A stretch of 64,000 bases of DNA from Acutalibacteraceae bacterium (GCA_045592625.1 JAZNVC010000001.1:136825-200824); one strand, 5' to 3'; positions 1 through 8,410 are shown, counted from the first letter of the stretch. Translations and numbers: made by a program. The notes: generated by a model from the letters alone, not told the origin.

Positions 1-471
1 ATAGATATTCCCGCAGGTATTAATGACGGTCAGGGCATTACACTTCGCGGCGGCGGAGATATGGGTGTTAACGGCGGTCCTTCCGGAGATCTTACCATAA
101 CCGTATCGGTACGTCCCCATCCCATTTTTGAGCGTGAAGGCTTTGACATTTTCTGCGAGGTTCCCATTACTTATGCACAGGCGGTTATGGGCGGAGAAAT
201 TACCGTTCCCACCCTTGACGGCAAGGCAAAGTTTAATATTCACGAGGGCACACAGCCCGGTGATGAATTTAAGTTAAGGGGTAAGGGTATAAAACGCCTT
301 AACTATTCGGGCTATGGCGATGAATATGTAAAAATTATCGTTGAGGTTCCAAAGGATTTAAATAAAGAACAAAAAGAAAAACTTTCGGCCTTTGACAGCA
401 GTCTTAGTGATAAAAACTATAAAAAACGCAGGTCGTTTTTTGACAAGGTCAAAGACCTGTTTGGTGATTAA
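1..471 (+). CDS. dnaJ: Molecular chaperone DnaJ, C-terminal part (5' end lies outside the window)
   Basis: The frame is open from nt 1 (IDIPAGINDGQGITLRGGGD...). The GGPSGDL..V..HP.F.R.G.D and ITVPTLDGK..F.I..GTQPG..F.L.GKG motifs are typical of DnaJ C-terminal domains I and II. Confidence 0.9.
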   Translation: MDIPAGINDGQGITLRGGGDMGVNGGPSGDLTITVSVRPHPIFEREGFDIFCEVPITYAQAVMGGEITVPTLDGKAKFNIHEGTQPGDEFKLRGKGIKRLNYSGYGDEYVKIIVEVPKDLNKEQKEKLSAFDSSLSDKNYKKRRSFFDKVKDLFGD

Positions 472-475
472 AAGC

Positions 476-508
476 AAAACCGACTCAACTTTTGTTGAGT
501 CGGTTTTT
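476..508. terminator. Bidirectional rho-independent terminator between convergent dnaJ and htpG
   Basis: Hairpin accgactcaac-tttt-gttgagtcggt, flanked by an A-run and a T-run. Confidence 0.75.
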
Positions 509-512
509 AAGT

Positions 513-2402
513 TTATAGTAATGAGCAAAGCTTTTCGGTAAAATCGGCAGGATTTTCTATAGACATCCCTGCAATAAGCAGAGCACTCTGATAAAGAACC
601 TGAGCAATTATCTTTGCCTTTTCTTTATCCTGACTGTAGGCTTTGCTTAAAGTATCAAAAGCGGGATGGTCGGGGTTTAATTCAAGCACCCTTTCTGCCT
701 TAACCTTTTCTTTGTCTTCCCCCGGAAGTGAGGCAAAGTATTTTTCCATTTCAAGGGTTACACCTCCCTTACTGGACAGACAAACGGGATGAGATTTAAG
801 TTTTTTCGAAATAATAACGTCACAAATGTTAAGTTCTTCCTTAAGGAATTTAAGCATTTCTGCATTTTCCTCACTTGCCTTTTCGGTCTTTTTCTGGTCT
901 TCTTCATCTATAAGGTCAGCCTTATCGGAGTTTATAGAGCAGAAGTCCTTGCCGTTTTCCTCTCTTAATACATTTACTAAGAATTCGTCAACCTCGTCGG
1001 TAAGGCAGAGCATATCGTAGCCTTTTGCTTTAAGTAGTTCTGTTTGTGGCAGACAGTTGATTTTAGAAACAGATTCTCCGCAGGCATAGTAAATATGTTT
1101 CTGGTCTTGGGGCATGGTTTTAAGATATTCGTCAATGGTGATAAGTTTTTCCTGATTGCTGGACCAGAAAAGAAGCAGGTCTTTAAGTTTATCCTTATAA
1201 ATGCCGTACTGTGCCACAGCACCGTATTTAAGCTGAATTCCAAATGCTTTCCAGAAGATTTCATATTTTTCTCTGTCATTATCAAGAGAACGTTTAAGTT
1301 CGGAATGTATCTTCTTTTCAATGTTCTTTGCAATGGTTTTAAGTCCTGCATCCTGCTGAAGCATTTCACGGGAAATGTTAAGGGATAAATCTTCGGTGTC
1401 AACAACACCCTTTACAAAACGGAAGTGTTCGGGAACAAGGTCAGAACATTTTTCCATAATCATAACGCCGCTTTGATAAAGCTTGAGTCCCTTTTCATAT
1501 TCCTTTGTAAAGTAATCGTATGGAGTTTTAGCAGGAATATAAAGAAGTGCTTTATAGGAAACTATACCTTCTGCAGAAACGCTGACAGTAAAAAGAGGGT
1601 CTTCAAAGTCAAAGAAGGCATCCTTATAATAGCGGTTAAGTTCTTCTTCGGTTTGTTCAGCCTTGCTCTTTTTCCAAACTGGTACCATACTGTTAAGGGT
1701 TTCTTCCTCTATGTAGGTAACGGTGGTTTTTGCTTCACCCTCGCCCTTGTCTTTGGTCTTTTCGATATCCATAACTATAGGATAGCGGATATAATCGGAA
1801 TAGGTTTTAATAAGACTTCTGAGTTTATATGTTTCTAAAAAGTCGGAATATTTAAAGTCTTCGGTATCTTCCTTTAAGGAAAGTATGATTTCGGTACCTA
1901 CGCTGTCTTTTTCACATTCCTTAATAGAATATCCGTCAACACCGTTGCTTGTCCACTGGTAAGCTGTGTCGCTTTTATAAGAGCGGCTCTTTACGGTAAG
2001 GGTATCACATACCATAAAAGCAGAATAGAAGCCTACACCGAATTGACCGATTATATTAACGGCTTCTTTTTCTTCGGTTTCGGTCATTTCCTCTTTAAAC
2101 TGAAGAGAACCGCTTTTACAAATTGTACCTAAGTTTTCTTCAAGTTCCTTTTCGTCCATACCGATACCGTTATCCTTTATGGTAAGTATGCGGTTTTCTT
2201 TATCGGCAATGATTTTTATCTTTTGCTCTTTAAAACAGTTTCTTGCTGTTTGGTCGGTTAAGGAAAGATAATGGAGCTTATCTATGGCATCACTTGCGTT
2301 TGAAATAAGTTCCCTTAAAAAAATTTCCTTGTTTGTGTAAATAGAGTTGATCATAAGGTCTAAAAGACGCTTAGACTGTGCTTTAAACTGCTTTTTTGCC
2401 AT
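513..2402 (-). CDS. htpG: Hsp90-family chaperone HtpG
   Basis: 629 aa. The N-terminal GHKL ATPase motifs are present (ELISNASDAIDK, DNGIGM, GQFGVGFYSAF), and the whole protein has Hsp90 architecture. Confidence 0.95.
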   Translation of the reverse strand: MAKKQFKAQSKRLLDLMINSIYTNKEIFLRELISNASDAIDKLHYLSLTDQTARNCFKEQKIKIIADKENRILTIKDNGIGMDEKELEENLGTICKSGSLQFKEEMTETEEKEAVNIIGQFGVGFYSAFMVCDTLTVKSRSYKSDTAYQWTSNGVDGYSIKECEKDSVGTEIILSLKEDTEDFKYSDFLETYKLRSLIKTYSDYIRYPIVMDIEKTKDKGEGEAKTTVTYIEEETLNSMVPVWKKSKAEQTEEELNRYYKDAFFDFEDPLFTVSVSAEGIVSYKALLYIPAKTPYDYFTKEYEKGLKLYQSGVMIMEKCSDLVPEHFRFVKGVVDTEDLSLNISREMLQQDAGLKTIAKNIEKKIHSELKRSLDNDREKYEIFWKAFGIQLKYGAVAQYGIYKDKLKDLLLFWSSNQEKLITIDEYLKTMPQDQKHIYYACGESVSKINCLPQTELLKAKGYDMLCLTDEVDEFLVNVLREENGKDFCSINSDKADLIDEEDQKKTEKASEENAEMLKFLKEELNICDVIISKKLKSHPVCLSSKGGVTLEMEKYFASLPGEDKEKVKAERVLELNPDHPAFDTLSKAYSQDKEKAKIIAQVLYQSALLIAGMSIENPADFTEKLCSLL

Positions 2403-2482
2403 AAAATTACCTTCTTTTTAAATAGTTATTTATATTGTAACACATAAAAAATTTTTTTTAAAGTCTTTTGTGGCTTTTTCTA

Positions 2483-2511
2483 TTGACAAATTGTTAACAA
2501 TGCTGTATTAT
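2483..2511 (+). promoter_or_regulatory. Sigma-70-type promoter for the Crp/Fnr-ABC transporter operon
   Basis: TTGACA, 17 nt, TATTAT. The spacer contains the perfect 10-bp palindrome TTGTTAACAA (2491-2500). Confidence 0.45.
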
Positions 2512-2548
2512 AAATAAAAAGTGTTCCAAATGGTACAGCTTGAGGTGA

Positions 2549-3154
2549 ATGATGAAGGATTACAAAGAAATTCTTAAAAACACTTATCTCTTTAAAAATA
2601 CAAATGCGGTAGACCAAATAAATCTGTTCCCACCGGTTATGTTTAATAAGGGAGATACTGTGTACGATAAAAAGGATTTTAAAAGAAGCATAGGCATAGT
2701 ACTGTCGGGCAAACTTAAGGCGTTGCCGCTTGAAGCAGAGGGTACCCTTACCTGTTTTGGAGAGGGAGATATTTTTGGGGCAGCGGTGATTTTTTCAGAC
2801 AGCGAAAACTATGTAAGCCGAATTGAAGCCGCAACCGATAGCCGAGTTTTGTTTATTAACGAACAAAACCTTCGCGAAATTTTTAAAAAATATCCCGATG
2901 TGGCAGTAAACTTTATGTCCTTCTTAACCGACCGTATCCGTTTTTTAAATGGGCGTCTGGCACTAATGATGCACGGCGGAGCAGAGGGAAAACTTTATGA
3001 TTTTCTTTGTCAAAACGGCGGGTACAACGGTAAAATGACCGACCTTGCTTCTCTGCTTTGTATGGGCAGAACTTCACTTTACAGAGCCCTAAGTAATTTA
3101 GAACACAAAAAATTAATTATCCGACAGGATAACAAGATAAAGGTTATAGCGTAA
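2549..3154 (+). CDS. Crp/Fnr-family transcriptional regulator
   Basis: 201 aa. It has an N-terminal cNMP-binding-like beta-roll (GD.FG....F) and a C-terminal HTH (TDLASLLCMGRTSLYRALSNLE). A GAGGTG RBS lies upstream. Confidence 0.8.
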   Translation: MMKDYKEILKNTYLFKNTNAVDQINLFPPVMFNKGDTVYDKKDFKRSIGIVLSGKLKALPLEAEGTLTCFGEGDIFGAAVIFSDSENYVSRIEAATDSRVLFINEQNLREIFKKYPDVAVNFMSFLTDRIRFLNGRLALMMHGGAEGKLYDFLCQNGGYNGKMTDLASLLCMGRTSLYRALSNLEHKKLIIRQDNKIKVIA

Positions 3155-3175
3155 AACGCGGGAAAGGTGATTAAA

Positions 3176-4159
3176 ATGAAAAAAATATTAAGTTTATTAT
3201 TGGTGCTTTTATTGGTTTTGGGCTTTACAGGTTGTACTGCTAAAATAAAGGAACCCCAAACGGCAGAAATAAATGTTTACGTGCTGTCAGGACCTACAGG
3301 TATAGGTGCTGTTAATCTTCGTGCAAAAAGCGAAGAAGGCAAAACTCTTAATAAATATAACTTTAAAATGGTTTCGGCAAACGACGAAATTGTTGCAGCC
3401 GTTTCAAACTCAGATGCTGACATTGCCGCAGTTGCCACAAACCTTGCCTCTACTCTTTATAACAAAACAAACGGCGGTGTAACGGTTTTGGCTGTCAACA
3501 CCACAAGTGTTTTGTCCATACTTACAAACTCAACTCAAATAAACAGTGTAGCCGACCTTAAGGGCAAAACAATTTATTCCCCCGGGCAGAACGCAAACCC
3601 CGAATATATTCTCCGTTACGTTCTTAAAGAAAATAACATTGACCCCGACAAAGACGTTACAATTAAATTTGTTGCCGACGGAAGCGAACTTCCTGCCGTT
3701 TGGGCAAAAGAGGAAAATAAAGATGCCGTTATTATGGCTCCCCAGCCTGTTGCTACAAGCATTCTTTTAAACTATCAGACGGCACAAAAAGCCTTGGATA
3801 TGGGCGAAGAATGGGCAAAGGTGTCTAATGACAGCAGTCTTTATATGGGTTGCGTAATTGTCAGAAATGATTTCCTAAAGGAAAATGAAGGCGCAGTAAA
3901 AACCTTCCTAAAGGAATATGAGGAATCTATAAATATGGCAACTTCCGACGTTAATACTACAGGTACTCTCTGTGAGAAATACGGTATAATTCCCAAGGCA
4001 GCCCTTGCAACAAAGGCGATTTCTTCTTGCGGAATTACCTATATTGCAGGAGAGGAAATGAAGAAAGGACTTTCGGGTTATTTAAAGGTTATGTATGACG
4101 CTAATAATAAATCTGTTGGCGGAAAACTTCCCGAAGACAACTTCTACTATGCAGGCTAA
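3176..4159 (+). CDS. ABC transporter substrate-binding lipoprotein (NMT1/NitT/TauT-like)
   Basis: Signal peptide with lipobox LGFTGC. I prefer the ATG at 3176 (RBS GGAAAGG 8 nt upstream) over the GTG at 3167. The gene sits directly before its permease and ATPase. Confidence 0.75.
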   Translation: MKKILSLLLVLLLVLGFTGCTAKIKEPQTAEINVYVLSGPTGIGAVNLRAKSEEGKTLNKYNFKMVSANDEIVAAVSNSDADIAAVATNLASTLYNKTNGGVTVLAVNTTSVLSILTNSTQINSVADLKGKTIYSPGQNANPEYILRYVLKENNIDPDKDVTIKFVADGSELPAVWAKEENKDAVIMAPQPVATSILLNYQTAQKALDMGEEWAKVSNDSSLYMGCVIVRNDFLKENEGAVKTFLKEYEESINMATSDVNTTGTLCEKYGIIPKAALATKAISSCGITYIAGEEMKKGLSGYLKVMYDANNKSVGGKLPEDNFYYAG

Positions 4160-4895
4160 AAAAATTATAAAAAATTTTTTAATATTAGTTTTTTTCCTAT
4201 TGCTGTGGCAAACGGTTGCTTTTTTTGTAAATAAAAATCTGCTTATAGCTATACCCACGCCGCTAACCGTTGCACAGGCTTTTTCTCGCTTATCTAAAAA
4301 TATTTCATTTTGGCTTTCGGCAGCCTATTCTTTATACAGAGTGCTTATAGGCTTTCTTCTTGCAGTGTTTACAGCAACCCTGCTTGCTACTGTTTCGGTT
4401 AAAATAAAAATAATCAGAGAATTTATTTCTCCCCTGCTTCGCCTTATGAGAGCAGTTCCCGTTGCCGCATTTATTATTCTTGTTTTTTTATGGGTACGGG
4501 GAAAAAATATTCCTACCCTTATAGCTTTTCTGACGGTATTGCCAATAGTATGGGATGCCACCTATAACGCACTTTGCTCGGTGGATAAAAGTCTTGTTGA
4601 AATGGCAGAGGTTATGGGTTTAAAGAAAGGAAAGATTTTCAGATTTATTACCTTTCCTTCCATAAGACCTGCCTATTCCGCCGCCTTGGTGACAGGACTC
4701 GGTTTTGCCTGGAAATCTGGGGTAGCAGCAGAGGTAATAAGCCGTACCGAAATGTCACTGGGTAATCTTTTGTGGATAGGTAAAAACGCCATAGATTATG
4801 ATGAGGTTTTTGCAGTAACGGCAGTTATAGTCTTTTTCAGCGTGATTTTTGAGTATCTTTTAAAGCTTACTCTCAGCAAAGGGGTGGCGAAATGA
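4149..4895 (+). CDS. ABC transporter permease (NitT/TauT-type)
   Basis: Multi-span membrane protein with an EAA-like loop. I prefer the start MQAKKIIKNF at 4149, which overlaps the upstream stop, over the 4095 start in the ORF track. Confidence 0.8.
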   Translation: MQAKKIIKNFLILVFFLLLWQTVAFFVNKNLLIAIPTPLTVAQAFSRLSKNISFWLSAAYSLYRVLIGFLLAVFTATLLATVSVKIKIIREFISPLLRLMRAVPVAAFIILVFLWVRGKNIPTLIAFLTVLPIVWDATYNALCSVDKSLVEMAEVMGLKKGKIFRFITFPSIRPAYSAALVTGLGFAWKSGVAAEVISRTEMSLGNLLWIGKNAIDYDEVFAVTAVIVFFSVIFEYLLKLTLSKGVAK

Positions 4896-5458
4896 TAGAA
4901 CTCAGTAATGTTACCTTTTCCTATAAAGGAAGCAAAGAAAAGGTATTAAAGGATTTTTCTCTTAAAATAAAGAAAGGTCAAAGAATATGGCTCAGCGGTG
5001 CTTCGGGCAGAGGCAAAACCACCGTACTTCGTCTTATAATGGGACTGGAAAAGGCAAAAAAAGGCAAAGTAAAAATAAATGAAGAGGCTGAAATTTCCGC
5101 CGTATTTCAAGAGGACAGACTGATTCCTTTTGTATCGGTAGAAAAAAACATTTCTCTTTTTTCAAATGAAGAAAAAGCACGAGAACTCCTTTTTGAACTT
5201 GGTCTAAAGGACACCGCCCAAATGTCTGTCAACTCTCTTTCGGGCGGTATGAAGCGAAGGGTTGCTTTGGCCAGGGCACTTTCAAAGGATTTTGATATAC
5301 TTCTTCTTGATGAAGCCTTAAACGGACTGGATGAAGAAACCAAAAACAAAACGGCTCAGGTAATAAATAAATATACCCAAAACAAAACAGTTATATTTGT
5401 TTCCCACAGCAAGACGGAAGCAGAACTTTTAAATGCACAAGAATTTAAACTTATATAA
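4892..5458 (+). CDS. ABC transporter ATP-binding protein (compact, 188 aa)
   Basis: Walker A GASGRGKTT, signature LSGGMKRR, Walker B ILLLDEA and an H-loop (VSHS). The start overlaps the permease stop (ATGA). Confidence 0.85.
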   Translation: MIELSNVTFSYKGSKEKVLKDFSLKIKKGQRIWLSGASGRGKTTVLRLIMGLEKAKKGKVKINEEAEISAVFQEDRLIPFVSVEKNISLFSNEEKARELLFELGLKDTAQMSVNSLSGGMKRRVALARALSKDFDILLLDEALNGLDEETKNKTAQVINKYTQNKTVIFVSHSKTEAELLNAQEFKLI

Positions 5459-5460
5459 AA

Positions 5461-5494
5461 ATAATCGCATCGAATTTTCGATGCGATTATTTTT
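5461..5494. terminator. Bidirectional terminator between the ABC operon and immA
   Basis: Hairpin aatcgcatcga-attt-tcgatgcgatt followed by a T-run. Confidence 0.7.
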
Positions 5495-5915
5495 CACAGT
5501 AATATTTTAAAACCTTTTCCATATAATGAACAGGTACCGAAAAATACTCGGCAAGGTCGCTTGTTGTGTAAACACCGTTTTTTATGGCTTCCTTTAATAG
5601 TTTAATGGGAACAAGAAAGTGAATAGCCCATTTTTCCGCTTTGTGCTCGATTTTTTGTCTTTCAAAATCAGAGCAGTCGCCGTCATAAAAGCCGCCGGTG
5701 GCAATATGCCCCATTTCGTGAGCAAGTACTACCCGTTCTTCACATTCTCTGCCGAAAACGGCAGGGTCAATACCAATATAACAGTCGTCACCAATATTAA
5801 CGGTGACGGCTTTATTTTTAGGAAGATTAAAGCTCATTACCTTTATACCTTCCTCCTCAGCAAGACGGTAAAGTTCACTAAGGGTTTTGCTCTTTATCGT
5901 AAATGAATTTTGCAT
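5487..5915 (-). CDS. ImmA/IrrE-family zinc metallopeptidase
   Basis: 142 aa with an HEMGH (HExxH) motif. It lies immediately downstream of, and overlaps, an XRE repressor gene, which is the classic ImmR/ImmA layout. Confidence 0.8.
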   Translation of the reverse strand: MQNSFTIKSKTLSELYRLAEEEGIKVMSFNLPKNKAVTVNIGDDCYIGIDPAVFGRECEERVVLAHEMGHIATGGFYDGDCSDFERQKIEHKAEKWAIHFLVPIKLLKEAIKNGVYTTSDLAEYFSVPVHYMEKVLKYYCEK

Positions 5916-6207
5916 AGCGTTTCACTTCTTCCCACATTTCGTCGGTTACGTCTTGGCTTCCTCCGAAAAGAGCAACCTTTAACTGATTTTCAATAATTTT
6001 TGAGTTTTTGCCTTCTAAAAGAAATTCTACACTAACCGAAAAAAATGAGGCAATTTTAGATAAAACTGAAGCGGAAAGGGCTTTGCTTCTGCCCATCTTA
6101 TAGTCTGAAAGGGTAGCACGGGGAATGGCACAATCTCTGCAAAGGTCGGTAACCGTTACTCCTTTATCCTTGCAAAGCGTTTCGATTCTTTCGTAAACCG
6201 TATCCAT
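5878..6207 (-). CDS. XRE-family helix-turn-helix transcriptional repressor
   Basis: I chose the start MDTVYERIETLCKDKGVTVTDLCRD at 6207 (RBS AGGTGGA). The 6327 start in the ORF track would run through the promoter region. HTH_3-type motif is present (TDLCRDCAIPRATLSDYKMG). Confidence 0.85.
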   Translation of the reverse strand: MDTVYERIETLCKDKGVTVTDLCRDCAIPRATLSDYKMGRSKALSASVLSKIASFFSVSVEFLLEGKNSKIIENQLKVALFGGSQDVTDEMWEEVKRYAKFIYDKEQNP

Positions 6208-6244
6208 AAATTTTCCACCTTTAGTAAAAATTTTTTGTAGGCAC

Positions 6245-6273
6245 TTGACAATTACGGATTTCCGTAATATAAT
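6245..6273 (+). promoter_or_regulatory. Consensus sigma-70 promoter of the Zn-ribbon/sigma-like/dinB operon, with a candidate operator in its spacer
   Basis: TTGACA (6245-6250), 17 nt, TATAAT (6268-6273). The palindrome ATTACGGA-TT-TCCGTAAT (6251-6268, 16 of 18 positions symmetric) fills the spacer and overlaps the first base of the -10 box. Confidence 0.7.
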
Positions 6274-6298
6274 AGAACATACGTTCGAGGACAAAAAC

Positions 6299-6327
6299 AT
6301 TATATAACCTTTTGTACTTGAAGTCAA
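6299..6327 (-). promoter_or_regulatory. Divergent promoter of the XRE-ImmA operon
   Basis: On the minus strand: TTGACT (6322-6327), 17 nt, TATAAT (6299-6304). Its transcript passes through the 6251-6268 palindrome before the XRE start. Confidence 0.6.
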
Positions 6328-6354
6328 GAAAAATTTTTACGGAGGTAAACAGCA

Positions 6355-6720
6355 TTGTATTATTGTTCGGATTGTCGGATGGAGTTTCAGTTCGCAAAGG
6401 TTTATTTTGAACCGACACCGAAGGGGAGTGAAAGACTTTTGCTCTGTCCATACTGTTCAGGGATGAATTACAGTGAAAAGCGGGGCAATTACTGCAGTTA
6501 TTGCGGACGTCCTACAGGACTGAGTGTCAGAAGATACTGTAGCGAGAGCTGTAAATCACAGGGCGAAAAAATGTTTGCAAAGCAAAAGGAGCAAGAAGAA
6601 AACAGAAGAAACAGCCCTTTATATAAAGCGGTTAATGAGGTGGACACCTACAATAAATACCACGGCTGTAATTTGAGCTACGGACAGTATTACGCATTAA
6701 AAGGAGCAGGGATTATATGA
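6355..6720 (+). CDS. Cysteine-rich zinc-ribbon protein, function unknown
   Basis: TTG start 9 nt after a GGAGG RBS. Four CxxC-type pairs are present (CSDC, CPYC, CSYC, CSESC). It is the first gene of the dinB operon. Confidence 0.6.
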   Translation: MYYCSDCRMEFQFAKVYFEPTPKGSERLLLCPYCSGMNYSEKRGNYCSYCGRPTGLSVRRYCSESCKSQGEKMFAKQKEQEENRRNSPLYKAVNEVDTYNKYHGCNLSYGQYYALKGAGII

Positions 6721-7052
6721 GGGAAATGTCGGTGGATGAAAAAAGAATTTATCTTGAACAGTATCCTCTCACATTGGCTGTTATTAACCGTTGCTATTTA
6801 CTGTCGGCTAAAAATGCCGATAAAAGCGAAAATTACAAAAGAAAAATGAATGAAGCGGTACTTCTTAGGGATTTTATTGAAAACGATATAGAAAAAATCG
6901 TCGATAAAGTAGAAAGCGAGGTATTGGCTCAAAAATATCTTTGCGGAAAAACCTTGGAAGAAACAGCCGTACTGCTTAACTACAGCAAACGGCAGGTGGA
7001 AAGAATTCATTTAAACGCACTGGAACATTTGGCACCGTCATACATTTGTTAA
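6717..7052 (+). CDS. Small sigma-70 region-4-like HTH protein (phage/ICE-type transcriptional regulator)
   Basis: 111 aa. The C-terminal KTLEETAVLLNYSKRQVERIHLNALEHL resembles a sigma region 4.2 HTH. The start overlaps the upstream stop (ATGA). Confidence 0.6.
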   Translation: MREMSVDEKRIYLEQYPLTLAVINRCYLLSAKNADKSENYKRKMNEAVLLRDFIENDIEKIVDKVESEVLAQKYLCGKTLEETAVLLNYSKRQVERIHLNALEHLAPSYIC

Positions 7053-7064
7053 AGGAGAATAAAA

Positions 7065-8282
7065 ATGGAACGTACAATACTTCATTGTGACCTTAATAAC
7101 TTTTTTGCATCGGTAAGTCTTCTTTATAATCAGACCTTTTACGGACAACCTGTTGCAGTTGCAGGAAGTGTGGAACAACGTCACGGAATAATACTTGCAA
7201 AAAATGAAATAGCTAAAAAATTCGGAGTAAAAACAGCAGAACCTATATGGAAGGCAAAGCAAAAATGTGCGGGACTGATTATTTTACCGCCTATTTACGA
7301 TAAGTACGAAGAATTTTCCATAAAGGCAAGAGAAATTTATCACCGCTATACCGATATGGTAGAGCCCTTTGGAATGGACGAATGTTGGCTCGACGTTACG
7401 GGAAGTAATCTTCTTTTCGGTGACGGTAAAACCATAGCCCAAAAAATAATGCGTGATATAAAAGAAGAACTGGGCATAACCGCCTCAGTTGGAGTAAGTT
7501 TTAATAAGGTTTTTGCAAAGCTTGGAAGCGATATGAAAAAGCCTGAAGGACTAACGGTCATAAGCAAAGAAAATTTTAAAGAAAAAATATATTCTCTGCC
7601 TGTAAGCGATCTTCTTTTTGTGGGAAACAGCACAGCGTCAAAACTTATGAGCAGAGGAATATTTACCATAGGCGATATAACCCTTGCGGGAGATGAAATG
7701 CTGAGCAAAATCCTTGGTAAAAACGGCATAATGCTTAAAAAATGTGCTATGGGACTGGACGACAGTGCGGTGATTACTCCAAAGAAGACAGACCACCCCA
7801 AAAGCGTGGGACGTTCACGCACCCTATCGGAAGATTTTGAGGATTTGGATGAGGTTTTCAGAGAACTGCTCTTTTACGGAGAAGAAATCGCCGAAAATTT
7901 GAGGGAAAAAGAGGTTTATGCAACAGGAGTCACCCTTATTATAAGAGATACCGATTTAAAAACCAACGAATATGCAATAAGGATAGATTCGGGAACACAA
8001 ACGGGAATTACTCTGGCACGAACGGCAATGAATCTTTTTAAAGAGCACGGGAAACTGCCCTGCCGAAGTGTAGGACTAAGGGCAACAAGACTTAAAGAGG
8101 GAGACGCAAATATACAGCTTGATATGTTTAGTTCTTGCGATGATGAGGATAAACTTTTAAAAATAGAACAGCAAATAAGCAGTATTTGTGCCCGTTTCGG
8201 AAAAAATGCCGTAGTAAGAGGCTCTCTGCTTTTTAAAAACAAAAACCTCTCTCCCGGCTTTAAGCCACCCTATTGCAAATAA
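7065..8282 (+). CDS. dinB: Y-family DNA polymerase IV
   Basis: 405 aa. N-terminal ILHCDLNNFFASV, plus the SIDE-like MDECWLDVTG and GVS.NK..AK.GSD motifs. Confidence 0.93.
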   Translation: MERTILHCDLNNFFASVSLLYNQTFYGQPVAVAGSVEQRHGIILAKNEIAKKFGVKTAEPIWKAKQKCAGLIILPPIYDKYEEFSIKAREIYHRYTDMVEPFGMDECWLDVTGSNLLFGDGKTIAQKIMRDIKEELGITASVGVSFNKVFAKLGSDMKKPEGLTVISKENFKEKIYSLPVSDLLFVGNSTASKLMSRGIFTIGDITLAGDEMLSKILGKNGIMLKKCAMGLDDSAVITPKKTDHPKSVGRSRTLSEDFEDLDEVFRELLFYGEEIAENLREKEVYATGVTLIIRDTDLKTNEYAIRIDSGTQTGITLARTAMNLFKEHGKLPCRSVGLRATRLKEGDANIQLDMFSSCDDEDKLLKIEQQISSICARFGKNAVVRGSLLFKNKNLSPGFKPPYCK

Positions 8283-8314
8283 GAGATTTTTATTTATTAT
8301 TCATATTAAAAAAA

Positions 8315-8338
8315 CCTCTGTGCATACCGGCACAGAGG
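8315..8338. terminator. Hairpin 1: terminator for dinB, and a stronger one on the minus strand
   Basis: cctctgtgc-ataccg-gcacagagg. An A7 run lies upstream, which reads as T7 on the minus strand. tcaaatttt follows downstream. Confidence 0.7.
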
Positions 8339-8344
8339 TCAAAT

Positions 8345-8366
8345 TTTCGTTTATTACCCACATAAA
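8345..8366. repeat. Left inverted repeat, copy 1 (IRL1)
   Basis: tttcgtttattacccacataaa is a perfect 22-nt reverse complement of 9802-9823. Weaker similarity extends outward (ggtca...). Confidence 0.9.
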
Positions 8367-8380
8367 TGAAGCACAAAAAC

Positions 8381-8404
8381 CCTCCGTGCATATCGGCACA
8401 GAGG
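8381..8404. terminator. Hairpin 2: duplicated copy of hairpin 1
   Basis: cctccgtgc-atatcg-gcacagagg with one mismatch. aaaaa lies upstream, which reads as a T-run on the minus strand. Confidence 0.55.
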
Positions 8405-8410
8405 TAAAAG

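Noticed and set aside
826-1838. Four ORFs of 64-143 aa lie inside or antisense to htpG (826-1020, 977-1408, 1044-1388, 1425-1838).
   Set aside because: They are shadow ORFs inside a clearly conserved Hsp90 gene. Their translations are low-complexity or hydrophobic nonsense with no RBS. The same reasoning applies to the other antisense ORFs nested in metH, spoIIE, the OPT gene, the 2130-aa gene, dinB and others.
4892-5458. An ABC ATPase of only 188 aa, which might be a truncated pseudogene.
   Set aside because: Walker A, Q-loop region, signature, Walker B and H-loop are all present in order, and a proper terminator follows. It looks like a compact but intact NBD.
6208-6451. The N-terminal extension of the XRE ORF to 6327, and the antisense ORF at 6221-6451.
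   Set aside because: Both would run through the two mapped promoters and the operator. The internal ATG at 6207 has a good RBS and yields a canonical HTH N-terminus.
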